Notes under the pieces: generated by a model
The model's input: only the letters and a program-made list of their open reading frames with translations
What the model was told of the DNA's origin: nothing
Database searches by the model: none
Position numbers and translations under genes: made by a program
Shown here: piece by piece, positions 35,497-44,749 of the stretch
Numbering within the stretch: the stretch's first letter is position 1
Layout: each line of letters opens with the position of its first letter
From: Methanobacteriota archaeon
GTDB taxonomy: Archaea > Thermoplasmatota > Poseidoniia > Poseidoniales > Poseidoniaceae
Assembly (NCBI GenBank): GCA_004195515.1
Contig: PSPR01000008.1
Coordinates: forward strand, 1 to 57,197
Direction of reading: 5' to 3'
DNA: 57,197 bases

Positions 35497-37520
35497 ACAG
35501 CTACTTTGGTTGCCTGGATTTTCTTATCATTTGCTTTGATTTGTTCCCAAACAATTTCTGCGATATCCTTGACTTTCATCTGACTTTCTATCGAAGTAAG
35601 TCCATCTGTAACCATTGTGGAACAGAACGGGCAACCAACAGCAACTGTATCAGCACCTGTCGATGCTAATTCTTTTGCTCGAATAATATTGACACGTTCG
35701 TGGTCATCATCGACATGCTCTTCCATCCACATCTGGGCCCCACCGGCGCCACAACAAAATGATGATTTTCCATGATTCTCGGTTTCGATATCGACTCCAC
35801 CGATCACATCTCTCGGCGCTGCGGTTTCACCGCCGATTCGCCCGAGATAACACGGGTCGTGATAGGTGATATTCCCCTCGTGCTTTGGTGCTGGCAATTT
35901 GCCTTCTTTTTGCAGGTGGTCGATCAACTGTGAATGGTGCATAACCTCGATATCTTGGCCACCGAAATCTTTGTACTCTGTTCCCAAGGTATGGAAACAA
36001 TGTGGGCAGGATGCGACAATTTTCTTCACCCCAAGCTCTTCGAATGTTGCTAAATTTGTCTCCGCTAACATTTGGAACAAATATTCATTTCCTGCTCTGC
36101 GAGCAGCATCCCCTGTGCAGCCTTCTTGCATTCCTAGGATTCCGACATCGAGCCCAGCTTCTTTCATGATGGAGATGGTATCGCGTGCCACCTTCTTATT
36201 GCGCTCATCAAAAGATGCAGCACAACCTGCGAAGTAAATATATTCTGCCGGTTCAGCAACTTTCACATCGAGGTCTGCGGCCCAATCCCCACGCTCGTGC
36301 ATCGGAATTCCGTATGGGTTTGAATCGCTTTCCAAATTCTCGATCATCGCCATCAGCGGCATGACGGTGTCCTCTACCTCCGGCGCAAACTCCATCCTTT
36401 CCATCATCAGATGGCGCCGGGCATCGGTCAATTTTGGCACATGTTCGATATTGACCGGGCAAGCCTCAACACATGCATTACAGGTAGTACAAGCCCAAAT
36501 CGCTTCCTCGCCAAAACGAGAGATCATATCTTCCTCAGGGCTTTGCCCTTTGAGTAATAATCCCGCATGCTCATTGGCATAATCTCGGACATCATGGATA
36601 ATTTGCATTGGATTGAGGGGTTTTCCACTAGCATATGCTGGGCAGACATCTTGACATCTTGCACAAGAGGTACAAGCCCAGCCGTCGATTAGACTTCGCC
36701 AGGACAATTCACTGAATTGGGATGCACCAAATGTTTCGGTATCCAAATCCTCAAGTGGTACCGCAGTACCATTCTCATCGACTTGCATCGGTCGCATTTT
36801 TCCTTTGGCTTGGGTATCGAAGAAAAATACATTAGGTAATGCCATCACCAAATGCATATGTTTTGAAACCGGGATCAAAAACAAAAAGGTACATATCGCT
36901 AACATATGAAGCCAATAGGCAATATTGACCAATAATTGGGTGATGACAAATGTCGAAGCGACCCATGCACCGAAGAACTCGGTTGTCGGGTTCGGTGATT
37001 CTCCAGCCTCGACTACAAACGCGGTGGTGCAAATCGTCATTATCAATAACAAAATAGCATTTCCTTCAACCTGAGATTTTCCTTTGAGTTTCTCAGGTGT
37101 AAACAATACCCGCCTACTAAGAGCAAGTGTGCAACCGATTAGAGCGCTGGTATAACCCACCTCTACCATCAAATTCCAAATACCATGAAGTGCATCGGGG
37201 AGTAAATATTCACTGAAGGCATTCCCCGAAGCGAGGTCTAACATATCCGATGACAGCATCAAGAAACCCCAGAACATCATAACGTGGAAACCACCGGCGA
37301 TTGGATCTTCCAGTACTTTGGCCTGACCCAACCAAACCGTTGCGGTCTCCTTCAGGCGTTTACTCCAAGAATCAAACCTGTCGTCTTTTGAACCAAGCAA
37401 TATCAACCTTGTTGCTTTTTGCACTTGGAAACCGAAGAAACCAAGCGAAATAACACCGATTATTAGCAAAATCAACCAACCGGATATACCGGCATATGTC
37501 AGGTCGAGTGGGTGCTGCAT
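35493..37520 (-). CDS. Membrane-bound Fe-S oxidoreductase: N-terminal NarI/HdrE-like multi-TM domain + 2x[4Fe-4S] ferredoxin motifs + two CCG (HdrD/GlpC-type) domains
   Basis: CTSCARCQDVCP and CTTCNACVEACP are the ferredoxin motifs. CCG-type motifs: ..CPHCFHTLG.. and ..SSFCCGAGG.. / ..VGCPFCSTM... The N-terminal ~240 aa have about 5-6 TM spans. The ORF-track start at 37532 is TTG; the first ATG ends at 37520. Confidence 0.75.
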   Translation of the reverse strand: MQHPLDLTYAGISGWLILLIIGVISLGFFGFQVQKATRLILLGSKDDRFDSWSKRLKETATVWLGQAKVLEDPIAGGFHVMMFWGFLMLSSDMLDLASGNAFSEYLLPDALHGIWNLMVEVGYTSALIGCTLALSRRVLFTPEKLKGKSQVEGNAILLLIMTICTTAFVVEAGESPNPTTEFFGAWVASTFVITQLLVNIAYWLHMLAICTFLFLIPVSKHMHLVMALPNVFFFDTQAKGKMRPMQVDENGTAVPLEDLDTETFGASQFSELSWRSLIDGWACTSCARCQDVCPAYASGKPLNPMQIIHDVRDYANEHAGLLLKGQSPEEDMISRFGEEAIWACTTCNACVEACPVNIEHVPKLTDARRHLMMERMEFAPEVEDTVMPLMAMIENLESDSNPYGIPMHERGDWAADLDVKVAEPAEYIYFAGCAASFDERNKKVARDTISIMKEAGLDVGILGMQEGCTGDAARRAGNEYLFQMLAETNLATFEELGVKKIVASCPHCFHTLGTEYKDFGGQDIEVMHHSQLIDHLQKEGKLPAPKHEGNITYHDPCYLGRIGGETAAPRDVIGGVDIETENHGKSSFCCGAGGAQMWMEEHVDDDHERVNIIRAKELASTGADTVAVGCPFCSTMVTDGLTSIESQMKVKDIAEIVWEQIKANDKKIQATKVAV

Positions 37521-37586
37521 AGTCAATACCAAACAGTCTCAAGGTTTCAACCCAACGGCCAAGTATGGGTAGCCGATGGCCGAGGC

Positions 37587-38684
37587 ATGGTTCAAGCAAG
37601 CGCACCCGGCAAGTGTATCTTATTTGGCGAGCATGCTGTGGTTTACGGCCAGCCTGCAGTCGCGGTCGCAATCGACCAAAGATTGGCTGTCAAACTCGAA
37701 CACTGTAATGATTGGCGTATCGATGGAATGAAATTTCATCCGCAACGCCACCCCCATGTCAAGGCATTGATGGATCGTCTTTGGAATAACGGACCTCCTC
37801 TCTCTATCAAAATTAGTGGAGATATCCCCCCTGCCTCTGGATTGGGATCCTCGGCCGCACTATCGGTCGCCGCTGCAGCGGCATTAAGAGCTGGCCGAGG
37901 CCGGCAAATCAAAGATGATGATTGGGCCGAAGGTTGGACTGCGTCCAGACCGAATGGAGTTTACGATGGGCCTTGGAAAAGTGAAATTGGCGATGAGGTC
38001 GAACATGGAATTAACGCCGTCGATGTAGATGAAGCTTCAATTCTAGCCCATGCGGTCGAAGCAGCAGCCCAAGGAGGAAGAGCATCACCTTTGGACTCGA
38101 GCACCTGTGCTCACGGAGGATGTATCGTTTTGTCAAACGTGGTTGAAAAAGACCTTAATTGGCTGTATTCACGCTCTTTAAACAATGTACAATGGCAGGT
38201 TCATTCAATACAATTATCTCCTGTTATCGATGATGTTTGGCTTGTTATTGGCAATACCGGAATTCACGCACCTACCTCTAAGCAAGTTGCAAGAGTAGCC
38301 GAAATTTTAGATGAAAACCCTACTCGAATGCGAGAGATCGAGACCATCGGAATTATTTCCAGAAGAGGGATTAATGCCTTGAAGGCTGGTGAAATGGAAG
38401 CGGTTGGAAGAGCGATGAGTGAGAATCATTTGATGCTGAGAAACCTCGGTGTTTCTTGCCCTGAACTCGAAAATTTAATCGTCGCTGCTGCTCCCAGTTC
38501 ACTTGGAGTAAAATTGACTGGCGCCGGTGGTGGTGGCTGTATGATTGCTTTGACCCGAAATCCGAAAGAAACCAGTGAAGCAATCGAATTAGCGGGCGGG
38601 CGAACAATGATTTCAAGGCTCGCAGCACCCGGTTTAGCCTTGGATGAGTTTAGTGAACCCCCGCTTTGGAATCCGTTTGAATGA
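37587..38684 (+). CDS. mvk: Mevalonate kinase (GHMP kinase) with an internal insertion
   Basis: APGKCILFGEHAVVYGQPAVAVAI (motif I), PPASGLGSSAALSVAAAAAL (motif II), KLTGAGGGGCMIAL (motif III). ATG 37587 is chosen over the upstream ORF-track start because it sits just before motif I. Confidence 0.85.
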   Translation: MVQASAPGKCILFGEHAVVYGQPAVAVAIDQRLAVKLEHCNDWRIDGMKFHPQRHPHVKALMDRLWNNGPPLSIKISGDIPPASGLGSSAALSVAAAAALRAGRGRQIKDDDWAEGWTASRPNGVYDGPWKSEIGDEVEHGINAVDVDEASILAHAVEAAAQGGRASPLDSSTCAHGGCIVLSNVVEKDLNWLYSRSLNNVQWQVHSIQLSPVIDDVWLVIGNTGIHAPTSKQVARVAEILDENPTRMREIETIGIISRRGINALKAGEMEAVGRAMSENHLMLRNLGVSCPELENLIVAAAPSSLGVKLTGAGGGGCMIALTRNPKETSEAIELAGGRTMISRLAAPGLALDEFSEPPLWNPFE

Positions 38685-38725
38685 AGTGGCCGCCTTTAAA
38701 TAGGGGTTTATATTCCGACGGTTCC

Positions 38726-39355
38726 ATGAACGATGAAGACCGTCTAACCGTTGTGAATGTTGTCGCCAGCACTCGAGTAGCAGAAGAACTCGATTTGCCA
38801 GATATCGCTATTCAACTCAATTGCGAATACGAACCTGAACAATTTCCAGGTGTCGTCTACCGTGTCACCGACCCAAAACTCGCAATTCTAATGTTCCGCT
38901 CGGGCCGTGCTGTTTGCACCGGTGGAAAGAACGAGGACAATATCCATACTGGAATCGAGCGAATGATCAACGATCTTCGTGCTGCTGGAATCACCACATG
39001 GGACCTTAAGGACGTCGAAATAGAAGTCCAAAACATGGTCGCAACCTACGCTCTTCACTATCCTGAAGATTATGAGGGACTCCAGAGAATGGACACTCAA
39101 GAACTCAAGGAAGGAGATCCTCTTGCTGGCTTACCACGCAAGTTGAATCTGAACAACTTAACCTTCCACCTACCATTCGACAAAGTCGAATACGAACCTG
39201 AGCAATTCCCTGGACTTATCTACCGATTAGACTACCCTAAGGTTGTCTGTTTAATCTTCGGTTCTGGAAAGATGGTGATAACTGGAGCACGCCACAAGGA
39301 TGAAATTCTTGAGGCTGTCCAAATCATCCAAGATGAATTAGCGGACCTTTTGTGA
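38726..39355 (+). CDS. tbp: TATA-box binding protein
   Basis: There are two TBP repeats: VVNVVASTRVAEELDLPDIAIQLNCEYEPEQFPGVVYRV..LMFRSGRAVCTGG and VQNMVAT...VEYEPEQFPGLIYRL..LIFGSGKMVITGA. An alternative start ATG 38681 overlaps the mvk stop (ATGA) and would add 15 aa. Confidence 0.9.
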   Translation: MNDEDRLTVVNVVASTRVAEELDLPDIAIQLNCEYEPEQFPGVVYRVTDPKLAILMFRSGRAVCTGGKNEDNIHTGIERMINDLRAAGITTWDLKDVEIEVQNMVATYALHYPEDYEGLQRMDTQELKEGDPLAGLPRKLNLNNLTFHLPFDKVEYEPEQFPGLIYRLDYPKVVCLIFGSGKMVITGARHKDEILEAVQIIQDELADLL

Positions 39356-39362
39356 TGCCTTT

Positions 39363-39935
39363 ATGTTACCACTCGGACCTACACAGGTTCCGGTCGATGA
39401 AATCGACATTTGGATAGTTTCCCATGGTGGCGTTGCATCGAATGCTCTTTGTGACCATCTGGAAAAACAATCGATTCGATGTAGACCAGACAATTACGGC
39501 TTGGTTTGTCATAAACAACATCCAGGAGAACAAATTGGCAAGCCAATTTTGGTAATTCACGGCGATTATCTAAATGCGATTCGCAGTATGGACCGTCGTG
39601 ATTTCCTAACAGTAAATGCTGCAAAGATGTGTTTAGGCTTGAACGCCCCGGAAATTCCATTGAGTCGATTTTTACAATCGTTCCCGAAAGACCCAGTTGG
39701 GTTTTCGATGTTCTTGAATTCATTCTTGGAGGCGAAAAATTCTGGTTTGGATAATGTTGTGTTTTTGAGATATCCTTATTCGAATGAACAAGCGAATAAT
39801 GCCTTACAACAATTAGGTATCGATATCGATCTGAGCGGATTCGAACTGAGAGAGCGGAAAAAGAAATTTTCTCCTCGGTCTAAAGATGTGAAAAAAATTC
39901 TTGAAATATATTCGGAATTTAATTTTGAGGAGTGA
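39363..39935 (+). CDS. Hypothetical 190-aa soluble protein, family not recognised (speculative P-loop-less sulfotransferase-like layout)
   Basis: ATG 39363 lies 7 nt after tbp, and the stop overlaps the GTG/ATG start region of the glycosyltransferase. No TM segment. The strand-loop-helix segment DIWIVSHGGVASNALCDHL and the later VIHGDYLNAIRSM are placed like the 5'-PSB/3'-PB elements of sulfotransferases, but the residues are not canonical. Confidence 0.45.
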   Translation: MLPLGPTQVPVDEIDIWIVSHGGVASNALCDHLEKQSIRCRPDNYGLVCHKQHPGEQIGKPILVIHGDYLNAIRSMDRRDFLTVNAAKMCLGLNAPEIPLSRFLQSFPKDPVGFSMFLNSFLEAKNSGLDNVVFLRYPYSNEQANNALQQLGIDIDLSGFELRERKKKFSPRSKDVKKILEIYSEFNFEE

Positions 39936-39940
39936 TTGCA

Positions 39941-40975
39941 ATGATAGGATGGGTGACCACATGGGACATCCGCTGTGGAATCGCGACATATTCCAAGTTC
40001 TTGTCAGGACACTTTGGTGATACGGTAATTCTTTGCCAAACCGAAGAAGGTGTTGAGGAAAAAGAAGGGATAATTCCATGTTGGAAACGCGATTCTAATG
40101 ATTTTAATGGCATTCTAACTCAGATTTCAATAAAAAATATCGATACCATCATCATTCAACATCAACCTGGGCTGCTTCGGTTTTCTTATCTGAATGATTT
40201 ACTATTGATTTTATCAAGGATGAATATCAAGGTCTTTATCACCATGCATAATACTCGAGACCGATCAATTATTTTCCCGTCTAAGCGCATTGAAAAAGCG
40301 GTTGATGGTTTGAAAACTTGCTCGACTGTGATGGTCCATTCAAACGCTGATGTTGAGAATCTCTCAAATTTAGGAATTACGAATAATGTCGTGATGATTC
40401 CTCATGGAATCTACCCTCCACCAAACTCTGTTGCAGAAAAAATCGATATCGAAGGCAAAATCATCGGTACATTTGGTTTCTTATTGCCTCATAAGGGTCA
40501 ATTAGAATTAATTGAAGCATTCGCAAAGTTAACCGGTTGGGATAAATTAATTCTGCTCTGTGCAACCCGGGAAGGAACAGGTAAAACATTAGATAAATGT
40601 GAAGCTTTGATAAAAAAGCATGGCCTTGAAAACAAAGTAATTCTCAATACCGATTTTTTGGACGATGAGTTGGCGATTGCAACCCTTTCTCAATGTGAAC
40701 TTTTAGTATTCCCATATCAGAATACCAAAGAGAGCGCCTCAGGCGCGGTACGGATGGGAGTTGCCGCAGGGGTGCCGATAATGGTGACTCCAATTCCTAT
40801 TTTTGCCGATATCGAAGGTGCGATTCAAACCGAGGGGTTAAGCCCTGAAAACATTGTTGAGTGCATCGAATCATGTGATGTAAAAAAACTAAACGAATCT
40901 CGGGAAAAAATTATCAAATTGCGTGATTCCCTTCAATGGGACGAGGTCGCTAAGCTAATTCAAGCAAGGCTTTGA
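39941..40975 (+). CDS. Glycosyltransferase, GT-B fold, group 1 (GT4-like)
   Basis: N-terminus [20 protein letters not shown]-terminal donor-binding region ..[31 protein letters not shown].. (E-x7-E-like). The start may instead be GTG 39932, which overlaps the upstream stop. Confidence 0.75.
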   Translation: MIGWVTTWDIRCGIATYSKFLSGHFGDTVILCQTEEGVEEKEGIIPCWKRDSNDFNGILTQISIKNIDTIIIQHQPGLLRFSYLNDLLLILSRMNIKVFITMHNTRDRSIIFPSKRIEKAVDGLKTCSTVMVHSNADVENLSNLGITNNVVMIPHGIYPPPNSVAEKIDIEGKIIGTFGFLLPHKGQLELIEAFAKLTGWDKLILLCATREGTGKTLDKCEALIKKHGLENKVILNTDFLDDELAIATLSQCELLVFPYQNTKESASGAVRMGVAAGVPIMVTPIPIFADIEGAIQTEGLSPENIVECIESCDVKKLNESREKIIKLRDSLQWDEVAKLIQARL

Positions 40976-42858
40976 GCAAGATAATCAATGATCATATCTG
41001 CTGCGTCTTCGATCGATACCTCGGTTGTATCAATCGTAATTTCAGCGGATTCCGGTGCTTCGAATGGACTTGAAATTCCAGTAAAATTCGTTAATTCTCC
41101 AGACCTTGCTTTTGCATAAAGTCCTTTGACATCGCGCTGCTCACAAACCTCGAGTGGAGTATCGATGAATACCTCGATGAATTCATCTTCTTCGACCAAA
41201 TTTCTAACCATCGAGCGTTCAGCAGCAAAAGGTGAAATGAATGATGCAATACAAACCAAGCCTGCATCGACCATCAACTTTCCAACCTCGCCAACCCGGC
41301 GAATATTTTCAACTCGGTCGGTACTAGTAAATCCTAAATCTCGATTAAGCCCATGGCGCACATTATCACCATCTAAAGAAATTGTGTGGCGACCCATCGC
41401 TTGTAATTTCTTTTCCAATACATTAGCAATCGAGGATTTACCAGACCCTGATAAACCGGTGAACCAAATTAATTTTGGTGCTTGAGATTTTTGCTCAGAC
41501 CGTGATTCTTTGCTAACATCCATCGCTTGCCAATGAATATTGTCCGCTCTTCGCAAAGCAAAATCAATCAAGCCCATCCCTACCGTATTATTGCTCATCC
41601 GATCTATAATGATGAAGCCGCCCATCGTAGGGTCATCGCCATATGCATCGAAAGCAACAGGCTTTGCCAAAGAGATATTGCAAATACCTATCTCATTCAT
41701 ATCGAGAACTTTTGCCGGTAATTTATCCAATGTGTTAACATCAATCCTGTGCTTTAGAACCCCAAGAGTCAGGGCGGTAGATTGACTAGTTGATTTGAAT
41801 AAATATTGGCGCGATGTCATCATGGCTTCATCAGCCATCCACAAAATATGGGCTTGGAATTGATCTGCAACCAAACAAGGATGGTCTACCTTTGTGATTA
41901 CATCGCCGCGTGAAATATCGATTTCATCAGCCATGGTTAGTGTTACCGAGCGTCCTGCGCCAGCAAATTCCAAATCACCATCGTAGGTGACGATTCGAGA
42001 AATTGTTGATTCCTTTCCGCTGGGCGCAACCCTAATTTTATCTCCCACGGAGATAATTCCACTTCCAATTAGTCCACAGAATCCTCTGAATTCACTACTT
42101 GGCCGATTCACCCATTGAACCGGCATTCTGAACGGGCGTGATTGGGCGCTTGCACTAACCTCGACCTGTTCTAAATATTCCATTATAGATAGATCATCGT
42201 ACCACGGAGTGTTTTCGCTTGGGCCAACAATATTATCTCCTTTGAGGGCAGAAATTGGCACTGCAGTAATTTCCTCTAAGTCGAGTGCTTCTTCGGCAAA
42301 TGACTGATAATCTGCAACGATTTTATCAAAAATTTCTTGGGAATAGTCGACTAAATCTAATTTATTAACCGCCAAAAGAACTCTTTTTACTCCGACCATT
42401 GAGACGATAAATGAATGTCTTCTAGTTTGGGTTAACAAGCCTTGGCTCGCATCAACCAATATGATTGCTACATCTGCAGTCGAGGCACCGGTCGCCATAT
42501 TACGAGTATATTCCTCATGACCTGGAGTATCCGCCACGATATATTTTCTTTTATCGGTCGAGAAAAAGCGGTATGCGACATCGATGGTAATGCCTTGTTC
42601 TCTTTCGGCTGCTAAGCCGTCGACCAATAAAGCGAAATCAATCTCACCATCTTGGGTTCCAACTTTTTTGGAATCGGCTTCCAAAGCTGCTAATTGATCG
42701 TCGAAAAGCATATGCGATTCGAATAACATTCGACCGATGAGAGTTGATTTGCCATCATCGACCGAACCACATGTGATAAATCTCAGCAATTCTTTTTGCT
42801 CGTGGGCAGCCAGATATGAATCGATATCGGTTGCGATGAGGTCGCTGATATGTGCCAT
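40960..42858 (-). CDS. cysNC: Bifunctional sulfate adenylyltransferase subunit 1 / adenylylsulfate (APS) kinase
   Basis: GTPase motifs [22 protein letters not shown]. The C-terminal APS-kinase domain is [22 protein letters not shown] ... FISPF. The start ATG shares 1 nt with the cysD stop (TGATG). Confidence 0.9.
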   Translation of the reverse strand: MAHISDLIATDIDSYLAAHEQKELLRFITCGSVDDGKSTLIGRMLFESHMLFDDQLAALEADSKKVGTQDGEIDFALLVDGLAAEREQGITIDVAYRFFSTDKRKYIVADTPGHEEYTRNMATGASTADVAIILVDASQGLLTQTRRHSFIVSMVGVKRVLLAVNKLDLVDYSQEIFDKIVADYQSFAEEALDLEEITAVPISALKGDNIVGPSENTPWYDDLSIMEYLEQVEVSASAQSRPFRMPVQWVNRPSSEFRGFCGLIGSGIISVGDKIRVAPSGKESTISRIVTYDGDLEFAGAGRSVTLTMADEIDISRGDVITKVDHPCLVADQFQAHILWMADEAMMTSRQYLFKSTSQSTALTLGVLKHRIDVNTLDKLPAKVLDMNEIGICNISLAKPVAFDAYGDDPTMGGFIIIDRMSNNTVGMGLIDFALRRADNIHWQAMDVSKESRSEQKSQAPKLIWFTGLSGSGKSSIANVLEKKLQAMGRHTISLDGDNVRHGLNRDLGFTSTDRVENIRRVGEVGKLMVDAGLVCIASFISPFAAERSMVRNLVEEDEFIEVFIDTPLEVCEQRDVKGLYAKARSGELTNFTGISSPFEAPESAEITIDTTEVSIEDAADMIIDYLAQSLA

Positions 42859-43763
42859 CAGAAATACCCCTCTTGTTTCTTCTTCTCCATCGATGCGGTA
42901 CTATCGAAATCGATTACTCGCCCTTCTCTTTCCGAGGTGGTAGTAAGTAACATCTCTTGGATAATTTGTGGTAGAGTATCTGCTTCAGATTCCACCGCTC
43001 CTGTCAGAGGATAACAACCCAAAGTTCGGAACCGAACCGTTTTCATCATCGGTTCTTCGCCTTCTTCGAGCGGTAATCTTTCATCATCAACCAAAATTAA
43101 AACGCCATCTCGCTCGACAACAGGCCGTGGTTTAGCCAAATATAGTGGGACGATAGGGATCTTTTCAAGATGAATATATTGCCAAATATCTAACTCGGTC
43201 CAATTAGAAATTGGAAAAACCCGAATCGATTCACCTGAGCCCTTACGAGCATTATACAGATTCCATAATTCCGGTCGTTGATTTTTTGGATCCCAGCGAT
43301 GGGATGAATTCCTGAAAGAAAAGATTCGTTCTTTTGCTCTAGATTTTTCTTCATCTCTACGAGCCCCACCAAATGCAACATCGTAACCATATTTGTCCAG
43401 TGCTTGTTTCAAGCCTTCAGTCTTCATCACATCGGTGTGGGTTGCTGAGCCGTGAATGAAGGGGTTCATCCCCCTCTCTTGGCCATCAGGATTGATGTGG
43501 ACTATTAATTCTAAACCTAATTCATCGGCCATTTTTTGTCGGAATTCAATCATTTCCGAAAACTTCCACATCGTGTCGATATGCATTATTGGAAATGGTG
43601 GTTTTGCTGGATAGAATGCCTTCATTGCAAGATGCAACATCACCGATGAATCCTTGCCAATCGAGTAAAGCATCACCGGATTTTCGGCTTCAGCCACAAC
43701 TTCGCGCATGATATGAATCGCTTCGGCTTCAAGCCGTTGAAGATGAGTCAATCTATCTTGCAA
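42858..43763 (-). CDS. cysD: Sulfate adenylyltransferase subunit 2
   Basis: [40 protein letters not shown] (PP-loop SxGxDS) ... [20 protein letters not shown] ... [10 protein letters not shown] ... QEGYF. It is colinear with bacterial CysD over its whole length. TTG start at 43761-43763, preceded by GAGGA. Confidence 0.92.
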   Translation of the reverse strand: MQDRLTHLQRLEAEAIHIMREVVAEAENPVMLYSIGKDSSVMLHLAMKAFYPAKPPFPIMHIDTMWKFSEMIEFRQKMADELGLELIVHINPDGQERGMNPFIHGSATHTDVMKTEGLKQALDKYGYDVAFGGARRDEEKSRAKERIFSFRNSSHRWDPKNQRPELWNLYNARKGSGESIRVFPISNWTELDIWQYIHLEKIPIVPLYLAKPRPVVERDGVLILVDDERLPLEEGEEPMMKTVRFRTLGCYPLTGAVESEADTLPQIIQEMLLTTTSEREGRVIDFDSTASMEKKKQEGYF

Positions 43764-43779
43764 CCCAAATCACGTCCTC

Positions 43780-44652
43780 TCAATCATTCCAACGGGTATT
43801 GACCGCATTCATCAAGGCTTTGATTTGGTTTTTTGGAAAAAGGTCGATTCCACCTGCAGTCGCACGGCCTCCACCGCCATAATTTTGGCAAAATTCACCA
43901 ACTCCATCATTTGCTCTAATCGAGATTTGGAAAGATACTCCTTTAGTTAATGCGATGACTTTTGGACTTCCATTCGCTTTTATCAATCTATGAGCGAGAA
44001 CTCCAACTACTCTTCGAGCCCATGGTTCATCCGGTAATATTGTCAGGTTGTTCTTTGATGGATGATTGAGTGTGTGTAAAATGTCTTTTTCGAAGCCATC
44101 TTTCAAGATTTTGAAAACATCTGAAACAATGAATTTTTGTGGAGTTTTTGCTTCGATGCAGGATAATAATAAGTCATCAGGATGAAAATGCAAATCGGTT
44201 AAATCAGCCCCATATCCATTATAATTCAGCAACTCACCCAATTCTGCTAAATCACCATTCTTTGCAAATTGGCCTAAACCATCGCCGTGAAGGGCGACCT
44301 GAGCCCAATCGGATTCTATGCGTAAGTATTTCTGAACAACAACCGCCGTACATACATTTGATGAAGTATCGACATTTGTGACGATGCCATCGATTGGCTC
44401 ACCGGGTAGGTGGTGATCAAACCAAGAAATTTCCACACCGATAGAATTCAATTTGGCCGCTTCAACATGATTACGAGCCAAAGAAATATCCATTGCGATG
44501 ATGGAGTCTCCTTTTTTCGCATCGATTTTTTTGAGTAATTCGATATCACGCTTGACTCCAGTGATTCGATTTCCTGCAATTCCTTTGGCTAAAGCCCATT
44601 GAACCATCGAACAAATGCCATCGGCGTCGCCATTATATGCAAACCACTGCAT
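43780..44652 (-). CDS. DHH/DHHA1-family phosphoesterase (NrnA/NrnB-like); candidate pAp phosphatase
   Basis: Motif I YNGDADGICS, motif II IAMDISL, motif III WFDHHLPG, DHHA1-type Gly motif NYGGGGRATAGG. It is the first gene of a same-strand unit with cysD and cysNC (16-nt spacer). Confidence 0.7.
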   Translation of the reverse strand: MQWFAYNGDADGICSMVQWALAKGIAGNRITGVKRDIELLKKIDAKKGDSIIAMDISLARNHVEAAKLNSIGVEISWFDHHLPGEPIDGIVTNVDTSSNVCTAVVVQKYLRIESDWAQVALHGDGLGQFAKNGDLAELGELLNYNGYGADLTDLHFHPDDLLLSCIEAKTPQKFIVSDVFKILKDGFEKDILHTLNHPSKNNLTILPDEPWARRVVGVLAHRLIKANGSPKVIALTKGVSFQISIRANDGVGEFCQNYGGGGRATAGGIDLFPKNQIKALMNAVNTRWND

Positions 44653-44749
44653 CGAGTTCGCTAAACCGCCCTTGGCAATGAGGCTATTGCCATTTTATGT
44701 GAGATATGTTGCCTACAGGTTCATTTACACGGTCCAATCATGGGAAATT

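Noticed and set aside
44615-44749. N-terminal 45-aa extension of giant paralog A, which starts inside the divergent DHH gene
   Set aside because: It overlaps the DHH gene start and the intergenic promoter region. The signal peptide begins at ATG 44750.
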